Assembly (NCBI GenBank): GCA_043767805.1
Contig: JAYUGC010000037.1
Location: 1 to 16,575, forward strand
Reading direction: 5' to 3'
DNA: 16,575 nt
Source of the DNA: Pseudomonadota bacterium
GTDB lineage: Bacteria > Bdellovibrionota > FAC87 > UBA2466
Part shown: positions 7,560 through 14,510 of the stretch, in pieces
Layout of the letters: every line of letters starts with the position of its first letter
Position numbering within the stretch: position 1 is the first letter of the stretch
Position numbers and translations under genes: made by a program
Notes under the pieces: generated by a model
What the model saw: only the letters and a program-made list of their open reading frames with translations
Told to the model about the DNA's origin: nothing
Databases searched by the model: none

Positions 7560-8546
7560 ATGAGCAAGCGCATTTCGAGACTCGCGTTCGCACTCTTGCT
7601 TTTTTTGGGCGGCTGCCAGAAAGGCGAAGAGTTTTTACATCATGTCGTTCCCCAGCCTCCCGAAGTACTCAACTTCACTCATAAGCTGAAAGAGCTTCAG
7701 GGCGAGAGCCGGGTCGACATCCTTTGGGTGATCGATAACTCCGCATCCATGGGAAGCTATCAGCAAGACGTCGTTCGCAATGCCGATCTCTTCATCCAGG
7801 AGTTCGTGAAAAAACAGACCGTCCTCGACTGGAAGATGGGACTCGTGTCCACGGACGAGAATGAGCCCCCGTACCTGGGTTTCACGCCCTCCACTGAATT
7901 GAACAAGTCCACGGCCAACCCCGTCGCCGCTTTCACCGGCGCCGTCAATCGCTTGGGCATTTACGGATCGGGCATCGAAAAGCCCTTTCTCTGTGCCAAA
8001 CGGGCTCTCGACAGCAATCCCGGCTTTTTGCGCAAGGGCGCCATCCTCGCCCTCATCCTGCTCACCGACGCGGCCGAGCAAAGCAACATGAGCAGCCAGA
8101 CTTTCCTGCAGTTCCTGACACAGCAGAAAGGCGGCAACGCGAAGCAAATCGTTTATTACGGCGTGCTTGGGCCCACGGATTGGAACTGCCCCGCCAGTGA
8201 TTCCTATTGGAAGTTCGCAAGCAGTCCCTATGAATCTTTGCGGGGTGCCATCGGAGGCAAGGACTTCCCGCTCTGCAGCCCGTCCTTCGGCTCGAACCTC
8301 GCCGACATGGGGAAAGATCTCGTCAAGCGCGTGACCACGCCTCGCATCGCCCTAACGAAGCGCCCTCAAGTCGATACGCTTCGCGTGAGCTGGAAAGGCA
8401 AAGATCTCAAAGGCGGCCCCAAATCGGAAGGGGGTTTGTGGACCTATGACTTCGACTTGAACGCGATTCTCTTCCCCGATCTCGGTTTCGCGCCGGGAGA
8501 CAACGAAGAAGTGGTCATCTCTTACGAAGAGGCGATGCCGGTTTAG
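7560..8546 (+). CDS. vWA/MIDAS-domain lipoprotein, paralog 4, 328 aa
   Basis: Start reassigned to ATG 7560 (SD GGAGG). Lipobox LGG-C19, DILWVIDNSASM, LILLTD. Carries one extra Cys (FLCAKR) relative to the other copies. Confidence 0.9.
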   Translation: MSKRISRLAFALLLFLGGCQKGEEFLHHVVPQPPEVLNFTHKLKELQGESRVDILWVIDNSASMGSYQQDVVRNADLFIQEFVKKQTVLDWKMGLVSTDENEPPYLGFTPSTELNKSTANPVAAFTGAVNRLGIYGSGIEKPFLCAKRALDSNPGFLRKGAILALILLTDAAEQSNMSSQTFLQFLTQQKGGNAKQIVYYGVLGPTDWNCPASDSYWKFASSPYESLRGAIGGKDFPLCSPSFGSNLADMGKDLVKRVTTPRIALTKRPQVDTLRVSWKGKDLKGGPKSEGGLWTYDFDLNAILFPDLGFAPGDNEEVVISYEEAMPV

Positions 8547-10900
8547 CGCCCTTCGGGAAGACTCGAGGGAGAAGCCATCACCGCGCTGGCCTTGCCGGAC
8601 TGGCCGAGGGATAGATAGTAGTCGGACAGCTGGCCGCGGCTCGCGTCCACACGAGCGGAGCGCTTACCGAAGCGCTTTTCGTAAATCTCGGCCTCGCGCT
8701 TGTAGAAGGCCTCGAGCTTTTCCGTCCGCCCGCTCGCCTGATAGAGGGTCGACAAATGCAGATTGATGTCCCGGACGAGTAACGAGCTCGAATCAGAAGC
8801 TTCTTTCCAAACCTCAAGGAGCAATCTTTCCTGGAACTTCCAGTCTCGGCGGCTCTGGAAAGCGGTGGAAAAGCGTCCCACTTCCTCGACGATAGAGCGC
8901 TGCCGGGCCTCGGTCTGAGAGGACCAGTAAGGGAAAATCTTACGAAGGTGAGTGTCCCCTTCCGCGTTTTTTTCGTTCTCTCTGAAAATCGCCGCCATCC
9001 GTAAGGAGGAGTCGACCCAAAGCTCATTGCCGACGCCCAAGCTTTCCGAATATTTCAGCGCGGCGAGAAATTTTTCCTGGGCCTTTGTTCCGTCTCCCAT
9101 TTTCAGGGTAACCTCGCCCACTTGCATCAGCTCACTCCACGCCCGGCGATGCTCGTCGGTAATCGACTTTCCTTCGGGAGCCGCGGGCGCCGCCGTTTCG
9201 GACGAAGCCACGACGACTGGCTCGGGCTCCTTTTGCGAGACGGGCCCTTGCGAAGTCGGCGTACGATCGGCGGGCTCACTCACCACCGCTACGACAGGGG
9301 CGGAAGCCGCGGGGACTGCTACCTCGGCGGGCTTCTCAGGCTTGACTGCTTCGGTTTCCAAGGACGCAAACTGACGTCCCGAGGTTTCTTCCGAGACCGC
9401 TTTGGAAAGCGCCACGGCGACGTCGTCGGAGACGACGGACGCCTGAGGGACTTCGGCCCCTTTCACGGGGCAAAGCGTGACGGCCCCGAGCTCACACGCT
9501 TGTTTGGCGTCGGCTTCCGCGGCGGCCAGCTCATTGAGCTTTAAGTGCGCCGAGCGGCGGGCTTCGAGAGCGCGAAGGCGCGTGTGGGCGAAATCCGAGT
9601 CCTCCAAAACGAGAGCGAGATCGTCCAACGCGTTTTTCGTCTGGCCCATGTGGACTAAAGCGATACCTCGAAGAAGATGGCCTTCGGGCCGGTTGCTCGC
9701 CAAGGCGATGGATTTCTCCGCTGCCTGCACGGCCTCCGCGAATTTATCCTTGGCGAGAAAGCCTTCTCCAGCTTCCAGGTGCTTTTCGATCTCTCCGGCC
9801 TTGGCTTCCGCAAGCCGGAGGCATCGGCTCTTCAAAACTTGGGATTCCTTGGCCTCGATGGGCTTGGTCAAACACGCCTGCGCCGCGCTGGGTTTGGGAT
9901 CCCGGCAGCGAGAAAAGAGACCGGCGCTCATGCAGTAGAGAAATTTTCTCTGAGCCTTTTCGCCGACGGTGATTTTCTCAAGAGGCAAGGAGACGCTCAG
10001 TCTCTGCAAGACGTTGCGCTCCAAGACCGCGCGCGCTTTTTGGTAAACCACGCCCTTATCCTTCGGATAGAACTGGGCGACGCAAGCCTCCCTGGCCTCT
10101 TGAAACAAAACCCGGGCCCGGGGGCTGGAGGAAAGCTTGCCTTCGATGTGGCGCAAGCACTGCTCGCGCCCTTGCTGACCCGATGAGCAGCGATCGCTCA
10201 GGAGCTTTGAGTCGCATTGGCAAAAATTGGACGCAGCCTCTTCGCCGGCGGGAAGACGCGAGCCTTCTTCGCGAACGCAGTCTTTCTGAAGCCGTTCGAG
10301 CGCCGCTTCCCGCACCACGGCGGGCCCGATCTTCAAGACCACGTTGACGATGGTTTGGCTGCTCTTCCATTCGAAGAAGAGCACGTGCCCCAAAATCAAA
10401 ACGAAAAGCGTGCGCTGATAGGAGTTGCGCGGAGAGACGGTGAAAGACTCTCGCACTTTCGGCTGCAGCAGATAGAGCACGAAGAGAACGCTAACCACCG
10501 TCCAAACCAGAAAGGTCACGTACTCGGCAGTTTGAATGGCCGAAAATTCCAGCGCGGGCAGCGCATAGGTGCGCAGAAGCGTCACCAAGCTCACGCCCCA
10601 AGTCAGCGCCGCGACGCCGATGAAGAGCCGGCGCGCGAACGCCTTCAAATCGAGGATCTGCCAAAGCGAAAAACCGGCGAGCAGGAAAACGCCGACCGAG
10701 TAGAGGCGGATTTCGGCGGGGTTGCTGTAGAAAACGCCGTCCAAAACCCAAAGCAAGGTGCGGACGAAGAGCGCGAGCATGGAAGAAAGCGCAAAGCGCG
10801 ACACGACCCGCGCCTGACGGGCGCGAAGGGACTCTTCGCCGTTCGCTTCGAACAAAGGGCGCATTTCTCCCCAAATCCACTTTCCGTCAGGGCGGTCCAT
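8543..10900 (-). CDS. Membrane-anchored multidomain protein: N-terminal TM helices, Cys-rich region, TPR block, Pro/Ala-rich linker, second TPR-like block
   Basis: 785-aa ORF with about 5 hydrophobic segments in the first ~180 aa and many Cys in residues ~205-365. TPR pattern (AEKSIALASNRPEGHLLRGIALVHMGQTKNALDDL) capped by ACELGAVTLC. Start could also be 10864. The stop overlaps the stop of paralog 4. Confidence 0.8.
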   Translation of the reverse strand: MDRPDGKWIWGEMRPLFEANGEESLRARQARVVSRFALSSMLALFVRTLLWVLDGVFYSNPAEIRLYSVGVFLLAGFSLWQILDLKAFARRLFIGVAALTWGVSLVTLLRTYALPALEFSAIQTAEYVTFLVWTVVSVLFVLYLLQPKVRESFTVSPRNSYQRTLFVLILGHVLFFEWKSSQTIVNVVLKIGPAVVREAALERLQKDCVREEGSRLPAGEEAASNFCQCDSKLLSDRCSSGQQGREQCLRHIEGKLSSSPRARVLFQEAREACVAQFYPKDKGVVYQKARAVLERNVLQRLSVSLPLEKITVGEKAQRKFLYCMSAGLFSRCRDPKPSAAQACLTKPIEAKESQVLKSRCLRLAEAKAGEIEKHLEAGEGFLAKDKFAEAVQAAEKSIALASNRPEGHLLRGIALVHMGQTKNALDDLALVLEDSDFAHTRLRALEARRSAHLKLNELAAAEADAKQACELGAVTLCPVKGAEVPQASVVSDDVAVALSKAVSEETSGRQFASLETEAVKPEKPAEVAVPAASAPVVAVVSEPADRTPTSQGPVSQKEPEPVVVASSETAAPAAPEGKSITDEHRRAWSELMQVGEVTLKMGDGTKAQEKFLAALKYSESLGVGNELWVDSSLRMAAIFRENEKNAEGDTHLRKIFPYWSSQTEARQRSIVEEVGRFSTAFQSRRDWKFQERLLLEVWKEASDSSSLLVRDINLHLSTLYQASGRTEKLEAFYKREAEIYEKRFGKRSARVDASRGQLSDYYLSLGQSGKASAVMASPSSLPEGR

Positions 10901-11144
10901 ACCTAGGGAAAGTACAAAGGCCGTACCAAGAAGACCGTTCGTCTCCTTCGGTCCTCGGGCGTCGAATCTCTATACTCCGGGCGTCGCCAGGGGAGTTTGG
11001 CTTGTAAATACGGTCATTTGCCCTGCCCGACTCTTGGACACCCCGGCCTCGGTCCGCCAACTTGGCGCAGAGCGCAAAAAGCTGAAGGGTTTCGTGATTT
11101 TGCGAAAGGTTCGGTTGGCGGGTCTGTGCGAAACGATCCGGCCT

Positions 11145-11440
11145 TTAGAAGCACATCATTTTGAGGCAGAAAACCGAGCCCCCAGCCTTCAGGAACTCAG
11201 AGGTGCCCACGAGATGGGGCACGTAGCCCAAGGCTTTGAGGTTCGCCTCGAAAAGCGGGGCGCCGGGAGCCAGCACGACGTCGTTGCCACCGACCCAATG
11301 GCAGTTACCCGCGAAAGCATCGCGGCACTCCCCGCGATCCAGCTCGATGAGCGTAGTACACCGCTCGCGCACTAAAGCCCACCCCACAGCAAGGGATAAG
11401 TTCAATGTCTCGGGAGACGCGATCCAAGCCAAAGTTTCAT
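11145..11440 (-). pseudogene. Remnant of a dimethylarginine dimethylaminohydrolase/amidinotransferase (pentein) family gene
   Basis: The 95-aa frame 11432-11145 ends LKALGYVPHLVGTSEFLKAGGSVFCLKM, the family's C-terminal catalytic-Cys motif, preceded by a FAGN motif. It is far shorter than the usual ~260-290 aa and lacks the central HLD region. Confidence 0.7.
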
Positions 11441-12813
11441 CCTCCGACGGTAAGCTCGATTTCAGCGTGAGCTGGGGCCCGTTTGTTCAGACCGGAGTCG
11501 TCGTGCACCGTAACGTGAAATTTGAGCCGAGCCCCGGCCGGAACGTTCGGCACTTTCGCCACATAGCGAGCGCCGCCCACTCCATCCATGTACAGGGTGT
11601 GCTCGGTTCCGCTGTCGACGGACCAGGTCAGCTCGGGGGCACCGAGAAACTGCGCTCCTGGCGAGGCAATCGCGTCGAGAGAAATCTCGGTCGCTTCGGT
11701 GCCATTCGCGGCGATGCGCTCGACTTTGGGAAATAGAAACGCCGTCTTCCATTCGATAAGATTACGATTGCGGCAATGCACCGAATCGCCCCACGCGGTA
11801 CCGGCCGCGTCTACGCCGACAATCTCGTATTTCGGCAAGGCCGCCTGATAAACGGCCTTTGCCGCCGCATCGAGCGCATCGTTCCCGTAAGTCGGATAAT
11901 AGAGCGCGCCGTTACTGATGAAAGAGTTGAGATAAGCGCGAAACTCCACGCCCGGACCAGCCGACATTTTCATCCGGTGGATCTTGTAAGGCGTGCCATA
12001 GGGGCTCTTTAGCCCAGCCAGGAGCGCCGCCATCGCTTCGGAGTCGGCTTTGTACTTCGAGCCCGCCGAAAACTCCCCGAACACGAAGGTGTCCGGCGCG
12101 ACGAGCTTTCCGTAGGTATCCAAATGCTCGATGGTGATACTCGGATTCAAGCGAGACGTCGTGTACCGTTCGACGCCCAGGAACTCCTTCATCCGGTCCA
12201 GAACGCGATTTTTGCCGAGACTGGAATTCTCCGTGAAGACCAAAGTGGAAGAGAACGCATTTCCCACGCCGTCGCTATAGTAGTTACCACCCGTATGGGT
12301 CAGGCCGGTATCGTAAAAGGGAACGCCAAAAGCCTGGGCGAGCTTTCCGGCTACTTGATTGTCGACGGGACGTGGCCGGTTATACGTATTGTGAACGAGC
12401 CCGTAGTTCCCTTGTCCATCCACGATGGGCCAAGGACCGTAATCCCGAATCCAAATGCTATTGGTCGCCACTTGCACGTAGGAGATATTCGTCTCGGGAA
12501 TATTGTTCTGCTTCAGCCACGACGACCACCACTGCTTATCCGAGTGGGTATCACTAAACAGAATCACTTTGCCCCGCTTGGACATCTCGCGAATGAGAGA
12601 CGGATTGGCCCAAAGGGTCATGGCCGCCCTCGCTTGTTCCCATTCGGCCAAGGAGCGAATGGGCGCGACGGGGGCCGCGCTCGGAAGGGAAACGGCGACC
12701 AGCTGAGCCTGGGCCAGCTCGCGCGGCGTGGCCTCGATGGGCAAACGTTTCAGATCCGGGCGAACCCCCCAAGCCGGCGCGCTTATCAAGGTGAAAAGCA
12801 GAACGTATTTCAT
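11437..12813 (-). CDS. Exported agmatine deiminase/Porphyromonas-type peptidylarginine deiminase family protein with C-terminal beta-sandwich domain, 458 aa
   Basis: Start reassigned to ATG 12813 (SD AGGAG). Signal peptide MKYVLLFTLISAPAWG. Motifs AEWE, WIRDYGP, GGN, HLD and SVHC (catalytic Cys), plus an extra ~100-aa C-terminal beta-rich region. Confidence 0.88.
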   Translation of the reverse strand: MKYVLLFTLISAPAWGVRPDLKRLPIEATPRELAQAQLVAVSLPSAAPVAPIRSLAEWEQARAAMTLWANPSLIREMSKRGKVILFSDTHSDKQWWSSWLKQNNIPETNISYVQVATNSIWIRDYGPWPIVDGQGNYGLVHNTYNRPRPVDNQVAGKLAQAFGVPFYDTGLTHTGGNYYSDGVGNAFSSTLVFTENSSLGKNRVLDRMKEFLGVERYTTSRLNPSITIEHLDTYGKLVAPDTFVFGEFSAGSKYKADSEAMAALLAGLKSPYGTPYKIHRMKMSAGPGVEFRAYLNSFISNGALYYPTYGNDALDAAAKAVYQAALPKYEIVGVDAAGTAWGDSVHCRNRNLIEWKTAFLFPKVERIAANGTEATEISLDAIASPGAQFLGAPELTWSVDSGTEHTLYMDGVGGARYVAKVPNVPAGARLKFHVTVHDDSGLNKRAPAHAEIELTVGG

Positions 12814-12821
12814 CTCGGCTC

Positions 12822-13703
12822 CTATTCGACTCTCAAGTCCGGGCCTCGGCTGGAAGTGCACTTACCGAGAAACGTGTTCTTGTCGCTTGGGCTCGAGCTC
12901 AGCTGATCGTAGAAGGAGGCGATGGCTTGCGACGTGCCTTTGAGATCGGTCTCCGAACCGCTCGCCAGCTCGAGGAGCAAGGACCACATGCCGTACTTCC
13001 AATACACGTAGTCCTCGTAGCAGCCGTTTGCCGGGTAGACGACGTCGGAGGCCGTGCCGACCTGGTAACCGTTGAACTGGGCGGCCTTGCGGAAGATCTG
13101 ATCGAACTGGTTGTGATCTTGGGTGTGAGTGTTGTCCGTATAAATTCCCCACGGATAAGTGAGGGAAGCCGCGTACCCATGCACCGTCACGCTGCCGGAG
13201 AAAATACGGCTTTTCGCGAGATCGAGAACGTTGCGGATGCTTTTTAACGTGGGCGTGTGGGCCGTGCACGGACCGGAGTAGTCGCGGTTCGGGTCGTTGC
13301 CCCGTTCAAGCCGGCTATCGGCGTTGTAGCCAGAGACGTTTAGCACCGGAACGACGGTGTATTCTTTATCGTCGAGGCTTTGGTCCGTTCCGTAGCGGGT
13401 CAAAAGATCGGTGATGAATCGCATCGCGAAAATCGGAGCGGCCGACTCGTCGCCGTGATGGGTGGCGACCATTAGATGCCCGATCTTGAAGCCGTCCGCG
13501 AAGCTAGGCGAGCGGCTGATGCGCATTGCGAGCATCTCGACTCCCTCGTCGTTCTGACCGATGGAAAAAATTGAGCTCAGTGAAGGATACTTCGCTTGGA
13601 GGGCCTGCATCTGATCGACGATGGACTTGTAACGACCCGTCGGGGGTGTCGCGGCCGTAGCCCAGGCGTTAACCACCAACCAGGCGCAAAGCATCCACTT
13701 CAT
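12822..13703 (-). CDS. Exported M14-family zinc carboxypeptidase, 293 aa
   Basis: Start reassigned to ATG 13703 (SD GGAGG). Signal peptide MKWMLCAWLVVNAWA. Zinc motif HGDE (HxxE), PVLNVSGY, NRDY, third ligand in VHGY, YPW, and catalytic Glu in LLLEL. Confidence 0.9.
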   Translation of the reverse strand: MKWMLCAWLVVNAWATAATPPTGRYKSIVDQMQALQAKYPSLSSIFSIGQNDEGVEMLAMRISRSPSFADGFKIGHLMVATHHGDESAAPIFAMRFITDLLTRYGTDQSLDDKEYTVVPVLNVSGYNADSRLERGNDPNRDYSGPCTAHTPTLKSIRNVLDLAKSRIFSGSVTVHGYAASLTYPWGIYTDNTHTQDHNQFDQIFRKAAQFNGYQVGTASDVVYPANGCYEDYVYWKYGMWSLLLELASGSETDLKGTSQAIASFYDQLSSSPSDKNTFLGKCTSSRGPDLRVE

Positions 13704-13758
13704 GGGACCTCCAAATTTTAGGGTGAGGAAGGAACGAAACACCTGCGAGGACCTTTTC

Positions 13759-13767
13759 ATTGTAACA
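13759..13767 (-). promoter_or_regulatory. Extended -10 promoter for the carboxypeptidase-deiminase operon
   Basis: The minus strand reads TGT-TACAAT (TGn + TAnnAT), ~55 nt upstream of ATG 13703. It overlaps the alternative ATG at 13760, which argues against that start. Confidence 0.5.
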
Positions 13768-13822
13768 AGGGGCGCCGAAATTTAGCTTTTGAGAACGTCT
13801 GCGCGTTAACAGCTGTCCGCCT

Positions 13823-13828
13823 TATAAT
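13823..13828 (+). promoter_or_regulatory. -10 element upstream of the caspase-fold gene
   Basis: Perfect TATAAT ending 9 nt before ATG 13838. No clear -35 at 17 bp. Confidence 0.45.
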
Positions 13829-13837
13829 GGAGAGCAC

Positions 13838-14425
13838 ATGAGCAGAAATGGAATCCTCTGTCTGGAAGGCGACTGGGACGAAGGCCTGATGCGCCATAAG
13901 AGCGTCGTGCCCGTGCTGGAGCTGGTGAAGCTCCAAACGCACATCCCGGTCATACATCGCACCGCGTCCACGAGAGACGAGTTCCGCCGGGTAGTCGAGG
14001 AATGGCTGAAAGCGCGCTACAACCGGTTCCCCATTTTGTACCTGGGCTTTCACGGCGTCCCCGGAGGTCTGCATCTAGGCAAAGACGAAGTGCCTTTGGT
14101 GGACCTGGCGGAGTTTTTTGGCCGCGGCGCCGGCCGGGTGATTCACTTTGGAGCCTGCCACACGCTGAGCGCCCCGTCCCGCGATCTGACGACCTTCTTG
14201 AGGAAGACTCAGTTCTCGGCGATCAGCGGCTTTCAGAAAGAAGTGGATTGGCTGTACTCCTGCGCCTTGGAAATTCTCATTCTCGACGAGTGGACCCAAA
14301 GGAAAATCACGCCGGCCAATGCGCGCGTGTTCAGAAAAAATCTCTATTCCCGCGCGGGCTCGCTCTGCCGCAACTTAGGCTTCCATCTTTGGGAGCGGTC
14401 TCAGATCCGCAAAGCGGCCTCTTGA
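13838..14425 (+). CDS. DUF6642-like protein with caspase/CHAT-type fold, 195 aa
   Basis: ILCLEGDW, ILYLGFHG and VIHFGAC place HG and AC after beta strands, as in clan CD peptidases. ISGFQKEVDW. No signal peptide. Confidence 0.7.
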   Translation: MSRNGILCLEGDWDEGLMRHKSVVPVLELVKLQTHIPVIHRTASTRDEFRRVVEEWLKARYNRFPILYLGFHGVPGGLHLGKDEVPLVDLAEFFGRGAGRVIHFGACHTLSAPSRDLTTFLRKTQFSAISGFQKEVDWLYSCALEILILDEWTQRKITPANARVFRKNLYSRAGSLCRNLGFHLWERSQIRKAAS

Positions 14426-14474
14426 ATTGGGGCCGCACTCAGCCATCCGGACGAGCTGACCCGCCGCCGTTTTC

Positions 14475-14510
14475 TCGACTGACGGATTTTCCGGTGGTAT
14501 CACCTCCGGA
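14475..14510 (+). promoter_or_regulatory. Putative leaderless promoter of the HAD gene, overlapped by an inverted repeat
   Basis: TCGACT (14475-14480), 17 bp spacer ending TGG, TATCAC (14498-14503), ATG 6 nt later, no SD. Imperfect palindrome TCCGGTGGT-ATC-ACCTCCGGA (14490-14510). Confidence 0.4.

Noticed and set aside
2602..8147. Long minus-strand ORFs (e.g. 2602-3378, 4176-4907, 5861-6529, 7635-8147)
   Set aside because: Antisense shadows of codon-biased real genes. Their mutual similarity just mirrors the vWA paralogy.
4206..8546. Diversity-generating retroelement (TR/VR) or CRISPR-like explanation for the repeated segments
   Set aside because: The repeats are whole protein-coding paralogs, differences are not adenine-specific, and no reverse transcriptase, cas gene or spacer structure is present in the window.
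10950..11030. c-di-GMP-I riboswitch or SRP RNA in the leader of the TPR gene (minus-strand GGGCAAA, GACGC)
   Set aside because: The required GGCAAAC-stem-GAAA-stem-GACGCAAA arrangement and the SRP core motif are not present.
8952..12906. Plus-strand ORFs opposite the minus-strand genes (e.g. 10217-10906, 11034-11375, 11236-11736, 12124-12906)
   Set aside because: No recognisable motifs or SD, and they overlap well-supported genes or the pseudogene on the other strand.
5297..13810. GTTAAC recurring in three intergenic regions (5297, 6408, 13805) and once in a CDS (13668)
   Set aside because: A 6-bp palindrome is expected a few times by chance in 16.5 kb, intergenic DNA is more AT-rich, and its position relative to the promoters is inconsistent.
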